The translations under genes and the position numbers were made by a program. Under the pieces are notes generated by a model. That model searched no databases, had not been told where the DNA came from, and saw nothing but the letters and a program-made list of their open reading frames with translations. From Candidatus Sulfobium sp. (GTDB lineage: Bacteria; Nitrospirota; Thermodesulfovibrionia; Thermodesulfovibrionales; UBA6898), in NCBI GenBank assembly GCA_037380845.1, contig JARRRI010000009.1, forward strand, positions 98,783 to 162,782: a stretch of DNA of 64,000 nt, written 5' to 3'. Shown piece after piece: positions 11,055 through 21,347 of this stretch (position 1 is the first letter of the stretch; each line of letters opens with the position of its first letter).

Positions 11055-11251
11055 AAACCCTTATAGTCTACAACGGGGCCGCTTATCTTTCCAAGAATGC
11101 AGAGAAACATTTCACAACTGAGGTGCTGAGACACGGAGAAAGCCCTGTGCGGAAAACAGGAATAATCGTCAGGGGTATTAATTTGGCCTCTGCACTTTGC
11201 GATCTTGCGGGCCGGCATGAATAATTGCCTTTGCCAATTTAGGGATGCGGG

Positions 11252-12040
11252 TCAGAGCCCCTCAGACATGCCGGTCCGTCTGACGTATAAGACAAGGCCG
11301 GGAAGGCCTCCCAGGAAGTTTGCAAAAAACCATGAGAGGGAGAGAGACGTAGCCACTGCAGGGCTTACCCCGATGAGGCCGAGAAGAAGCACGAACGACC
11401 CCTCTCTCACGCCAAGCCCGGACACCGAGATGGGAATGGTGCTTACGGAAATAATAATCGGGAGAAAGACAAAGAGGAGGACCATAGGGATGTCCTCTCC
11501 CATGGCCAGGGCCAGGATAATCACCATAAAGAAATTAAGCAACTGGACGACGAGGGAGAGCAGCACGGCCTTGACGATGACATCCTTCCTGGATTTCAGC
11601 CTCCCGAAATAGTCATAAATTTCGCCGATGGAGCCGAATTTTTTTCCTAATTGCAGCCTGAAAAAAAGGATGCTCGCCACAACGAAGGTGACAAAAATCA
11701 GAGGCATAAGCCACTTGTACACCGTCTTCCCGAAATACCCGGCAGCAAAGGGAAAGGCTGAAATGCCTATGGTCATCAGACTCAAAAAACCAAAGTATCT
11801 GTCCATAAATACGGATGCCAGCGTGAGACTGCCGGGGAGGAGAAGCTTCCATCTCAAAGTCGACACGGCCTGCGCCATTACATAGGGAAGCGCCGCCAGG
11901 ACGAAATAAAGGGGACCGATCTTCGCCAGCATGAGGGCGAATTCCCTGACATCGATCCCGGAGAAGACGGCGTAGAGGGCCGCCGCACTGACAACCACCT
12001 TGACGATAAAGAAGAGGATCTTACGGGTTCCCGGGGCCAA
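11252..12040 (-). CDS. LPG-synthase TM / flippase-like (UPF0104) protein, apparently with an internal in-frame deletion
   Basis: RWKLLL, ASVFMDR, PISVSGLGVRE motifs; the usual FFNxxLP..GGD segment is absent. Confidence 0.75.
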   Translation of the reverse strand: MAPGTRKILFFIVKVVVSAAALYAVFSGIDVREFALMLAKIGPLYFVLAALPYVMAQAVSTLRWKLLLPGSLTLASVFMDRYFGFLSLMTIGISAFPFAAGYFGKTVYKWLMPLIFVTFVVASILFFRLQLGKKFGSIGEIYDYFGRLKSRKDVIVKAVLLSLVVQLLNFFMVIILALAMGEDIPMVLLFVFLPIIISVSTIPISVSGLGVREGSFVLLLGLIGVSPAVATSLSLSWFFANFLGGLPGLVLYVRRTGMSEGL

Positions 12041-12971
12041 TTACTTTCTTGATCACGTATATAGGTTTTTTCTGTGTTTCATGGTAGACCCGCACCATCA
12101 TCTCTCCCAGGAGACCCATCCCGATAAACTGTATCCCTACGATGATGAGCAGCGCCCCCAGCAGAAGGAGCGGCCTTCCGCCTATGTCCCTGCCCAGAAA
12201 GATCTTCTGAAAACTGAGATACAGGGAAATGAGTCCCCCCAGGGCCCCGCTGAAAATGCCCACCGGCCCGAAGAACTGGAGCGGCCGGGTCGAAAAACTG
12301 AGGAGGAACTTTACGGTTATCAGGTCGAGGACCACCCTGACCGTCCGGGAAATCCCATACTTCGACTTCCCCCTCAGCCTCGGATGGTGTACCGTTTCAA
12401 CTTCGGCGATTTTTACCCCGTACCACTTCGCCACGGCAGGGATAAACCTGTGCATCTCTCCGTATAGCTTCAGGTTTTTTATGACATCCCTGCGATATGC
12501 CTTCAGGGAGCACCCGTAGTCGTGAAGGTTCACCCCTGTTACCTTGCTTATCAGCCGGTTGGCCATCATTGAAGGCAGCCGCCTCGATAAAAAGGGGTCC
12601 TTCCTCCTCTTCCTCCATCCGCTGACTATATCGTGGTCCCTGATTGCTTCCAGGAGTTTTGGTATGTCCGCGGGGTCGTTCTGGAGGTCGCCGTCCATGG
12701 TGATGACGACGTCTCCGCGGGCGTAGTCGAACCCGGCGGCGAAGGCTGCGGTCTGGCCAAAGTTCCTTCTTAGACTGAGGGCAACCAGATTGCCGTCCCC
12801 GGATTGTATCCTCTCAAGCAGGGACAGCGTTCCATCGGAACTGCCGTCGTCGATGAAGATCATCTCGTATTCGATGTCGAGAGAGTCAAGCACCGCCTTA
12901 AGCCGGCGGTGGAGCTCCTCCACATTTTCCTCTTCGTTATAAAGCGGGACCACTACTGAAACGGTCATCAA
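12021..12971 (-). CDS. GT2 polyprenol-phosphate glycosyltransferase (ArnC/DPM1-like)
   Basis: VVVPLYNEEEN, DDGSSDGT, RNFGQTAA, MDGDLQNDP, two C-terminal TMs. Confidence 0.9.
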   Translation of the reverse strand: MMTVSVVVPLYNEEENVEELHRRLKAVLDSLDIEYEMIFIDDGSSDGTLSLLERIQSGDGNLVALSLRRNFGQTAAFAAGFDYARGDVVITMDGDLQNDPADIPKLLEAIRDHDIVSGWRKRRKDPFLSRRLPSMMANRLISKVTGVNLHDYGCSLKAYRRDVIKNLKLYGEMHRFIPAVAKWYGVKIAEVETVHHPRLRGKSKYGISRTVRVVLDLITVKFLLSFSTRPLQFFGPVGIFSGALGGLISLYLSFQKIFLGRDIGGRPLLLLGALLIIVGIQFIGMGLLGEMMVRVYHETQKKPIYVIKKVIGPGNP

Positions 12972-14946
12972 TAAATCTCCGCAGAGCTCATTTTCATGCC
13001 CTTGAAATCATAACACTTAAATATCGTAAATTTCATTATCTTGTCCCTTTTTATATGCACGGGAAACACCTCCTTGCTATATCTTTCAAAGGACTTTGCG
13101 AGCCGCTCAGGCATGTCCCTGTTCTCTCCGCGCACCACATATATGGCGTTATAACCTACCAGTTTTCCAAACCCGGGCCACAGGTCGTACTGGTTCATCC
13201 GCCTCCCGAGATTCACACAATATGTCACAGGGTTGCCCTTCACGTAGAAGGCAAGCTCTCCGGCGATCTGGTAGGTGTCTGAAAAGATGAACAGGGGACC
13301 GGCGGAAGACATCCCGGTTTCGATCCGGCTTGTCTCCTCGCCCAGCTCCTTCCAGCCCTGAAGCTTCTTGGCCGGGTCCAGTTTGAGAGGAAGGTTCAAT
13401 ATCGAGGGGACATAGGCAAAAACAGTCACCGCAAATGACAGGACGATAGCCGATGTCACCAGGACCTTGACGGACTTCCGGGCATGGCCTATGTCACGGA
13501 AATAATATGCAGCAAAGCCCACAAACCCCGTCGCGTAGGCAGGCAGCGCCCAATTGCCCTGCACCTTTCCCTGGATGCTCTTCAGTACAAAAAATGCGAT
13601 GACCGGAATGGAGAACCAGAAAAGGAAATCGCCCTTCTTATCCCTTTTCATCTTCCAGAGCGCGACAAAAATCATGACGCACAATATGGGCGTAACTACA
13701 CCCAGCTGGGACCCCAGAAATCCGAAGAAATGGTTCCATGAGATCCTCAGTCCGTCCGCCAGGTGCGCCTGACCGGCGGTGTGCTTCACTGTTACCCAGC
13801 CGTGTGCGGCGTTCCAGAAGACGACCGGACTGAAAACCACCAGACTGGCTGCAAAGGCGATATAAGGGCCGCCGGTCCTGAAGAGCTTCCTCGAATCTTT
13901 GTTGAAGACCATGAAAAGAAAAGCCGACAGGTAGAAGAAGGCCATCGTGTATTTAGCCAGCAGGCCGAATCCTACAGACAGGCCGAGAAGCAGCCAGTAA
14001 CGGTTCGCTTTCCGGCCTGTCTTCCGCCCCGCTGCCTTCCAGAAGAGGAAGAGCGAAAGTATCCAGAGGAACATGAACGGCGAATCTATTGTAAGCAGCA
14101 TCCCGAAGACGGAATAGAGCGGGACGATCTGGACCAGCAGGGCGGACACCAGACCCGTCCGTTTGTCGTAGAGGTTGCCGCCTATGAGGAAAATCACGAT
14201 GCTGCTCAATGCGGAAAGAAGGACCGCGAAAATCCTGACACCGAAGACGTTGTTACCGAAGAGGGAGGTGCCGACGTAAATCAAATAGGCGATCAGGGGA
14301 CCCTTGGAGTAGTAGCTCCAGTCGAGCCGTCTGGACCATTCCCAATATTGGGCCTCGTCAAAGCTCAGGTCGAAAGGGCCGGTCAGGATATAATAGATGC
14401 GGAAGAGTCCGAAAGCCAGAACCATCAGGTAGAGCGCCTGCGTGTAGTCGCGTTTCACGTAAATCTCCTTGGCCCACCTGGCAAGGCGGAGAAAGGCCCA
14501 GGCACATCCACCGCCGACAACGGCGCCTGCAGCGACATCAAAGGGATAGTGGACTCCCACATAGACACGGGATAGCCCGATGAGCGCCGCCGCGAGGACC
14601 ATGATGAAGCTGCCCCGGTCCCTGCGTGAAATCCAGAACACCGTTGCAAAGGCAAAGGTGTTCACGGCATGGTTGGACGGCATTGAAAAGGAAGACCCGC
14701 AACCGGCCATGAGATGGATATCCGGCAGCACGTGGCACGGCCGGGGCCTCGCGATCAGATGATTGAGGAAATGTCCGGTCCCTTCGGAAAAAATATCGGC
14801 GAAGACCGCCAGGACCATACGATGACCGGCAAAAAAAGCAGCGGTGGATAGTTGGTGACAAAAGGCATCACCACATCGAACACAGGGTTCTGAATACCCT
14901 TGTTGAGGAAGTGGAAAAGCGCGGTGTCAATGGAAGTAAGACTCAT
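12968..14946 (-). CDS. PAP2 phosphatase-ArnT/PMT glycosyltransferase fusion, frameshifted near 14818
   Basis: 14946-14819 PAP2 N-terminus (IDTALFHFLN..FDVVMP); 14818-12968 RPRP, SMPSNHA, SRVYVGVHYPFD then DEAQYWEWSRRLDWSYYSKGP, LAKYT. Confidence 0.8.
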
Positions 14947-15081
14947 ATACGCTCACGACCTCTGATCAAAATCGACCCTGCAGCTGAGAAAAACGATCAG
15001 AACGCAAGGAAGGGGCGATAAATAAGATCAAGTCGTCATTACAAGACTTTTTCGGTGTCCCTTCCCTGCTTTTTTTCAATA

Positions 15082-15333
15082 TCACGCCTTCTCAATCAGC
15101 TGCCACTCGGCAAAGCCCTCTTTCCTCTTCTCCACTCTCCGGCCCCTGAGCCTGACCGACTCTTTTACAGGATCGGTCTTCACCGTGATAAAAGCTCTCG
15201 CTATATTGGCCACCGTGGCCTCCTGGAAAACGAATTCTGAGCCGTCCCTGAGAACTATTTTCGTCCGTGCGTGCCGGTGTCCTGCCGGTATTTCGACGTG
15301 GACTTCCACAACAACTTCGTTACTTATGATCAA
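15082..15333 (-). CDS. Small conserved hypothetical protein
   Basis: 83 aa, SD AGGAG, operonic after plsC; IPAGHRHAR..VFQEATVANIARAF..RKEGFAEWQL. Confidence 0.7.
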   Translation of the reverse strand: MIISNEVVVEVHVEIPAGHRHARTKIVLRDGSEFVFQEATVANIARAFITVKTDPVKESVRLRGRRVEKRKEGFAEWQLIEKA

Positions 15334-16134
15334 TCACTTCTCCTCATTCTGAGCCTGCCACACATCGAGCTTCTCTTTTATAAACGCTATGACCTTTTCA
15401 TGCTGGCCCGCCCCGCGGCCCTCGATCTCCAGCGGTTCGCCGAAGGCAAAAAAGACCTTCTTGTGCGTATCTACCGGCCCCAACTCCTTCAATTTCTTCC
15501 CGATGCCCCAGGCATCGGTCTTCAATGCTACGGGTATAACAGGCGCGCCTGCCCTCGCCGCAAGCTTAACCCCGAGGCTGTTGAATTCTTCAGGTCTGAA
15601 CTCGACGGACCGTGTGCTCTGAGGAAAGATAATGACGGATATTCCTGATTCCAACTTTTTCCTGCCCCCTTCCAGCACGGTCTTGAGATCTTCGCGCGGA
15701 TTCTTCCTGTCGATAGCCACGGGGTCCCTCGACCGCATCACATGGCCGAAGACCGGGGCGGTGAGGAGACTGCTCTTCACGACAAAAGCCACCGGCTTTA
15801 CGGGCTGGATGATACATGGAAGCACAAAGGTTTCCAGGGTGCTCATGTGGTTTGCAACGAAGACGACGGGACCGGGGCTGCGCGTGATATTTTCCATGCC
15901 GGTTATCTCGACCTCCACCCCCACGTTCTCCACTATGTGAAGTATATCCAGGCTCCCCTTCACCCATTCACGGTCCCCGTATCGTGCCTTTTTTGCCTGC
16001 CGGGAGTTTGTCCAGACGACCCTGAACACCTGGGGATAGAAGGTGAATTTAGGACTCAGAAAAATCCTCGAAAAAAGGGAGCGTCTGCGGTCAGTGACTG
16101 TCCTGTATGTATCTTTTTCGGCTAACGCCAACAA
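15334..16134 (-). CDS. plsC: 1-acyl-sn-glycerol-3-phosphate acyltransferase
   Basis: NHMSTLE, IIFPQSTRS, PVIPVAL motifs. Confidence 0.85.
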   Translation of the reverse strand: MLALAEKDTYRTVTDRRRSLFSRIFLSPKFTFYPQVFRVVWTNSRQAKKARYGDREWVKGSLDILHIVENVGVEVEITGMENITRSPGPVVFVANHMSTLETFVLPCIIQPVKPVAFVVKSSLLTAPVFGHVMRSRDPVAIDRKNPREDLKTVLEGGRKKLESGISVIIFPQSTRSVEFRPEEFNSLGVKLAARAGAPVIPVALKTDAWGIGKKLKELGPVDTHKKVFFAFGEPLEIEGRGAGQHEKVIAFIKEKLDVWQAQNEEK

Positions 16135-16164
16135 TCAATCCCCTGCAGCAGGCCGGCTGCTTCA

Positions 16165-17745
16165 CTACCTGTTGCCGGCCGCCCATTTTTTTATCTCCGA
16201 AACCATCGACTCAACCGTGGCCTCTTCCGGCATGATCCGTACTTTAAGTCCCGCCTTCTCGATGGCCTTCGCAGTGACGGGTCCGATGGCGGCAATCGCC
16301 ACGTCTTTCAAAAGTGCGTCTGCATCCTCGCCCATAAGCTCCCTGAAATTGTTGAAAGTCGCCGCGCTGGTAAAGGTGGCGATAGTGATCCTTCCCTCTT
16401 TTAAGAACCTTTTCAGTCGCTTGCCGTGAAGCTCCGGCTTGGCAGCCGCATATGCAACCGGCACGTCGATTTCTCCCCCGAGTTCTCTCACCTTTTCCGG
16501 GAATATCTCTCTGGCCACCTCGGCCCTCGGGAGGAGAAATTTCATGCCCCGAAGCGGCCCGGAGTTTTGAAGGGCGGATTTGGTGTCCTTACTCCTCGCT
16601 CCTGACCCCTCGCTCCTCACTTCTTTTACGAATGCCTCGATCAAACCTTCCGCCCGGAATTTTTCGGGAACCAGGTCAACCCTGATCCCGAACTTCTCGA
16701 CCTCTTCCGCGGTCCGGGTGCCTATCGCACACACTTTGAGGCCCTTCAGCTCCCGTATGTCGACTGCCCTCTCAAAGAGCCTCATGAAGAAATATTTTAC
16801 GCCGTTGGCGCTCGTAAATATCAGCCACTGATATTCTCCGAGCCTGTCGATCGACCGGTCGAGCTCTTTCCAGTTTCCCGGCGGCACCACCTCAACGGTC
16901 GAAAACCTTATTATCTCGGCCCCTAGTTCCTCCAGCGGCTCGAATCCGCCGGAGTGCTCCCTGGTTACAAGCACCCGGTGGCCGAACATCGGTCTCTCCT
17001 CATACCATTTGAGGTCCTGCCGGAGTCTCACAACATCGCCCACGACCATGACGGCGGGCGGCCTTATGTCCTTCTCCCTTACAAGGGCGGCAATGTCCTT
17101 CAGTGTCCCCACGATGGTCCTCTGGTCCGGCCTGGTGCCCCACCTGATCACTGCCACCGGCGTTTCCGGCTTTCTGCCGTTTTCTATCAATTTCCGGGAA
17201 AGCACGCCTATGTTCTTCACCGCCATCAGGAAAACGAGCGTGCCTACGCCGGTCGCAAGTTTCGACCAGTCGATGGCAGACTCCGCTTTTGTCGTGTCTT
17301 CATAACCCGGGATGACTGCAAAGGAAGATGAGTACAGCCTGTGCGTAAGGGGAATGCCCGCATAGGCCGGAGCGGCGACGGAAGAACTCACGCCCGGGAC
17401 CACCTCGAACCGTATGCCCTCTCTCGCCAGCACTTGGGCCTCTTCTCCGCCCCGGCCGAACACGAAAGGGTCTCCCCCCTTAAGGCGGCAGACGACCTTC
17501 CCCTCCTTCGCCTTCCTTACGATGGCGGCGTTGATCTCATCCTGGGTCATTGTGTGGTGACCGCCGCGTTTCCCCGCATAGATGAATTCAGCGTCGTGGC
17601 TGATATAGTTGAGTATCTGCGCATTCAGGTGGAAATCGTATATCACCGCCTCGGCTTTCCTGAGACAGTTGAGCCCTTTGACGGTCAGGAGCCCTACATC
17701 GCCAGGCCCTGCACCCACAAGATAAACAACGCCAGCTTTTTCCAT
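16165..17745 (-). CDS. cobA: Uroporphyrinogen-III C-methyltransferase / uroporphyrinogen-III synthase fusion
   Basis: VYLVGAGPGDVGLLT, RLKGGDPFVFGRGGEE, HemD motifs IFTSANGV and FTSAAT. Confidence 0.95.
   Translation of the reverse strand: MEKAGVVYLVGAGPGDVGLLTVKGLNCLRKAEAVIYDFHLNAQILNYISHDAEFIYAGKRGGHHTMTQDEINAAIVRKAKEGKVVCRLKGGDPFVFGRGGEEAQVLAREGIRFEVVPGVSSSVAAPAYAGIPLTHRLYSSSFAVIPGYEDTTKAESAIDWSKLATGVGTLVFLMAVKNIGVLSRKLIENGRKPETPVAVIRWGTRPDQRTIVGTLKDIAALVREKDIRPPAVMVVGDVVRLRQDLKWYEERPMFGHRVLVTREHSGGFEPLEELGAEIIRFSTVEVVPPGNWKELDRSIDRLGEYQWLIFTSANGVKYFFMRLFERAVDIRELKGLKVCAIGTRTAEEVEKFGIRVDLVPEKFRAEGLIEAFVKEVRSEGSGARSKDTKSALQNSGPLRGMKFLLPRAEVAREIFPEKVRELGGEIDVPVAYAAAKPELHGKRLKRFLKEGRITIATFTSAATFNNFRELMGEDADALLKDVAIAAIGPVTAKAIEKAGLKVRIMPEEATVESMVSEIKKWAAGNR
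16587..16621 (+). repeat. Five tandem 7-bp repeats inside cobA/hemD
   Basis: CCTTACT CCTCGCT CCTGACC CCTCGCT CCTCACT. Confidence 0.8.
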
Positions 17746-17890
17746 AAGACATTCATTTTAGCACAAAGCCTCTCCGGGGAGGCACAGACCCTGTGCACTC
17801 TTTCGCCCATCCGGTCACCCGATTTCAGAGATTTTGAGGAAGACTGGGACCGGCGGCTTCCGCCTGTGATAGAATAAACAAGGAGCATCC

Positions 17891-18202
17891 ATGGCGAAGA
17901 AGAAGAACTGCTGGGAAGTAATGAAGTGCGGCAGAGAGCCCGGCGGAAAAAACGCCAGAGAACTCGGCATATGTCCCGCGGCTTCAGACAAGAGGCTGGG
18001 GGGCGTGCATGGCGGAGAAAAAGCCGGAAGGGCCTGCTGGGTGATCGCCGGCACCTTCTGCGACGGTCTTGTGCAGGGTACTTTCGCCCAGAAATACCAG
18101 GACTGCTCCGTCTGCGAGTTTTACAGGCTGGTCAGAAAGGAGGAAGGCACCAGGTACCGAACCTCCCTCGATCTCCTGAAGAAGCTGAAAGTTCTGAAAT
18201 AG
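17891..18202 (+). CDS. Two-CW domain Cys-rich protein
   Basis: NCWEVMKCGRE..CPAA..GRACWVIAGTFC..CSVCEFY; SD AGGAG. Confidence 0.85.
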   Translation: MAKKKNCWEVMKCGREPGGKNARELGICPAASDKRLGGVHGGEKAGRACWVIAGTFCDGLVQGTFAQKYQDCSVCEFYRLVRKEEGTRYRTSLDLLKKLKVLK

Positions 18203-18252
18203 GGTTCCGCCGCAATGACTCACAACCGGATTCCCGCAAGTGAAACGCCTCA

Positions 18253-19164
18253 CTAGTCTATCATGATGCAGTTGCGGCCTGATACTTTTCCCCGATACAT
18301 TAGACGGTCTGCCCGTTTAATCAATCCTTCGGGACTGTCGTTCATCCGCGATATGGTCGCACCGATCGAGATAGTAACGTCGATCAGTTTATTCTCGAAA
18401 AAAGGTTTCGACTGTTCCACGAGCTTGCGGAGTTTCTCCGCCAATTTACCCAGGGCGACTTCTTCTATATTCGCGATGAATGCAACGAATTCTTCGCCGC
18501 CCCACCTGGTTACCACGTCTGATGATCTCATGCCGTTTTGTAATGTTTTGGCTACCATCCTCAGCAGCTTGTCTCCCATGTCGTGTCCGTAACTGTCATT
18601 GATTCTCTTGAAATTATCAATATCCATAAAAAGTACGCCGAATCTCCATCCGTATCTGTTAAATTCGTCCAGCCTGGTGCGAAGAGTTAATTCGGCATAT
18701 CTCCTGTTGCCTATCTCGGTAAGTTGATCAAGCAATGCCAGTCTCTGCAGTTCCTTAACTTTCTGCGCCAGGGTAACCCTGGGAGAGTTGTCGCTGAATA
18801 TTTCCACTGCCCCGATAATCCGCCCTTCGCCGTCCTTGATGGGGCTGGCCCGGACCATGACGGGTACCCTGTGCCCATCCTTATGTTTGAGATACACTTC
18901 CTGCTCCAGTGTCACGTCTTCCTTCATCGACTTGACAAGCGGGCACAGTCCCCGGCAAAGGTTCCTCCCCTGCTGGTCAACGTGCATGAGAATGTTATCC
19001 CAACAGTGCTTTCCAACGATCTCGGAACCGCTGTATCCCGTCAGAAGTTCCGCGCTCCTGTTCCAATATTTGATCGTTCTGTCTTCATCGATAAAATACA
19101 CGCCGTCATAAAGGTTGTCCAGAAGGCCCTTGTAGAACTGGTCCGATCTGCCCATCAATTTCAT
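18253..19164 (-). CDS. PAS-GGDEF diguanylate cyclase
   Basis: PAS domain; RSSD I-site and GGEEF active site. Confidence 0.95.
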   Translation of the reverse strand: MKLMGRSDQFYKGLLDNLYDGVYFIDEDRTIKYWNRSAELLTGYSGSEIVGKHCWDNILMHVDQQGRNLCRGLCPLVKSMKEDVTLEQEVYLKHKDGHRVPVMVRASPIKDGEGRIIGAVEIFSDNSPRVTLAQKVKELQRLALLDQLTEIGNRRYAELTLRTRLDEFNRYGWRFGVLFMDIDNFKRINDSYGHDMGDKLLRMVAKTLQNGMRSSDVVTRWGGEEFVAFIANIEEVALGKLAEKLRKLVEQSKPFFENKLIDVTISIGATISRMNDSPEGLIKRADRLMYRGKVSGRNCIMID

Positions 19165-19203
19165 TCTATTAGTTTAGCGGAAATTGAGCAATCGCGGGCG
19201 CGA

Positions 19204-19785
19204 TTATGACGAGAGCTTGCCGTTGATGAGGGCCGCTATGGCGGTGACGTCCTCCGGGGAAAAGGGCGGTTTTATCTTCGATCTCTTGGCATCGATCATT
19301 TCACTTACAAATTCAACGATTTCCAGCACAGCCATGTCCGGGAGTTTCAGCCCCCGGAGCGTTTTCTCCGTCCCGGTCATTTCGTAAACCGACTCCAGAA
19401 TCTCCTCAAGATCTTCAACCGCAAGGTGAAGCCGAAAAGGATCGAGTGCGGCGGTGCCGATGGATATCTTGCCTTCGGAAGGAGAAAAAGAGAACTTCCA
19501 TGTGCCGACTTCCTTGAGTGTAACCCGGTCCGAGGGATGAAAGGAGGACCGCCTCGCCCGCGGCTTTTCCGCTATCGCCCTCTTCACGGAAGACGAAGGG
19601 CTTGCAGACGGGATGTCCGGGACTGAAAAGGAATCGCCGAAGGGGTCGACACCGAGCCGTTCTTCATCTGCCGACTCCGCTTCAGCAGGATCGGAAGAAA
19701 TGAAGACAGACCGATCGAAACCACATGTGCAGAGAGCGGCGTCTTCGACATTCGTGAATCCACATTCGGGACAGATCCATCCCAT
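19204..19785 (-). CDS. Hypothetical protein with N-terminal zinc ribbon
   Basis: SD AGGAGG before ATG 19785; WICPECG..CTCG. Confidence 0.65.
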   Translation of the reverse strand: MGWICPECGFTNVEDAALCTCGFDRSVFISSDPAEAESADEERLGVDPFGDSFSVPDIPSASPSSSVKRAIAEKPRARRSSFHPSDRVTLKEVGTWKFSFSPSEGKISIGTAALDPFRLHLAVEDLEEILESVYEMTGTEKTLRGLKLPDMAVLEIVEFVSEMIDAKRSKIKPPFSPEDVTAIAALINGKLSS

Positions 19786-19902
19786 ATAATTCCTCCTCCT
19801 TTCATCCCCGGCCTTGAGGGGGAAAAAGGTTCTCATTCATAGTCTCCCAATATCCTGCATAAAAAGCTGTGACTCAGATCACAAAGAAAAAAAGTTAAGG
19901 CC

Positions 19903-20682
19903 TTAATGGACCTCGATATGATACCGGTCGTTGAAAAGATCCACCACCCCCAGAAGTTCCGGGGTAAGGATAGCCCGCACTTCCCGCAATATGCGGGAAG
20001 GGATTCTTCTATAGTATGCCTGGGCGACTCCGCCGGCTATGCACGCCATGGTGTCACTGTCCCCGCCGAGCGATACTGCGTTTCTCACCGCACCCTCGTA
20101 ATCATCGGACTCAAGGAAAGCCGTGATCGACTGCGGCACGGAACCGGGGCATGTCGGGTCAAACATATAGCCTGGCCTGATCTCTGCCAGCGTGGGGCCG
20201 AGGTCATAGCCGAAATTTTCCTCCACATATCTCTTTATCTCGTCCTTGTCCCCGCCCTGCCCGGCCAGGAATATCGCAGCGGCAGTAGCCTGAGCGCCCT
20301 TTATGCCCTCGGGATGGTTGTGCGTAACCTCCGCGCTTCTCCGGGCCTCGCGCAGCACCTCGTCCAGAGACCCGAAGGCAAAGCCGACAGGACTTACCCT
20401 CATGGCGGAACCATTGCCGAGACTGTTGTAGGGACCGAGGCTGTCGGAGCGGACCCACCGCCTGAACATGCCGCCGTATCCTGCATGGGGATATCTTCTG
20501 CCATACTCTCTGAAGGTTGATGCATAGTCCTTGTTATTCAGCAGGCAATCGGCCACCGCCACGGTCAAAACCGTATCATCGGTGAACCTTGACCCGGGCC
20601 CGAAGAGCTCAAAATCCTTCGTCTTTATCGCATGGGCCTCGTAGACAGAGCCTATGATGTCCCCGGCTACCGCTCCGATCAT
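19903..20682 (-). CDS. ADP-ribosylglycohydrolase (DraG/ARH family)
   Basis: GAVAGDIIGS, FTDDT, GNGSAMR, GGDSDT. Confidence 0.92.
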   Translation of the reverse strand: MIGAVAGDIIGSVYEAHAIKTKDFELFGPGSRFTDDTVLTVAVADCLLNNKDYASTFREYGRRYPHAGYGGMFRRWVRSDSLGPYNSLGNGSAMRVSPVGFAFGSLDEVLREARRSAEVTHNHPEGIKGAQATAAAIFLAGQGGDKDEIKRYVEENFGYDLGPTLAEIRPGYMFDPTCPGSVPQSITAFLESDDYEGAVRNAVSLGGDSDTMACIAGGVAQAYYRRIPSRILREVRAILTPELLGVVDLFNDRYHIEVH

Positions 20683-21347
20683 TTCCCTGGCCGCCGAAGG
20701 GGTATAATCCTGCCCTGCCTGATCGTCAGCTGGTCGTCCGCCAGCCTCCCCGCCTGTGCGACATCATGGGTGGTCATGACAACTGTGGGTCCCTCCCGTT
20801 CTTTCATGCGGAAGATCAACTCTTCTATGAAACTGCTGTTTTTGTGGTCCACCGAAGCAGTGGGTTCGTCGAGAAAAAGCATTTCCGGTTCGGTCACCAT
20901 GGCCCTCGCCATACTCAGCCTCTGCCCCTCGCCGCTTGAGAGGGTCAGGGCGTTCTGTTTTCTCTTGTCTGCCAGTCCGAATGACTCCAGACAACGGTCG
21001 ACCCTCTCTGCGATCTCACTCTTCTTTACCCCCCTTACCTTAAGTCCGTAAGCCATATTTCCGAAAACAGACGAGTTGAAAATTCCGGCCTTCGGAAGCA
21101 CCAGGGTTATCCTCCTTTTCAGCGCGATATCCTTTCCCAGGCTAAGGCCGTCGTTCAGGTAATTTATATTTCCCCTGTCCGGTTCTTCAAGGAGTGCGCA
21201 GAGCCTCAGAAAGGTGGACTTTCCGCTTCCATTGGGACCCGTCAGCACATAAACGCCCCTCCTGTCAAAGGAAACGTTGCAGCCCCGCAAAACATCACTC
21301 CCGGGGTATGCCTTCCAGAGGTCCTCGATCTTTAAGACAAGCGCCAT
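20679..21347 (-). CDS. tupC: Tungstate ABC transporter ATPase
   Basis: GPNGSGKST, LSSGE, LDEPT; context. Confidence 0.85.
   Translation of the reverse strand: MALVLKIEDLWKAYPGSDVLRGCNVSFDRRGVYVLTGPNGSGKSTFLRLCALLEEPDRGNINYLNDGLSLGKDIALKRRITLVLPKAGIFNSSVFGNMAYGLKVRGVKKSEIAERVDRCLESFGLADKRKQNALTLSSGEGQRLSMARAMVTEPEMLFLDEPTASVDHKNSSFIEELIFRMKEREGPTVVMTTHDVAQAGRLADDQLTIRQGRIIPLRRPGK

Noticed and set aside
11050..11075. BirA operator before bioA (TGTAGAC..GTTTAT)
   Set aside because: Spacer too short and arms imperfect
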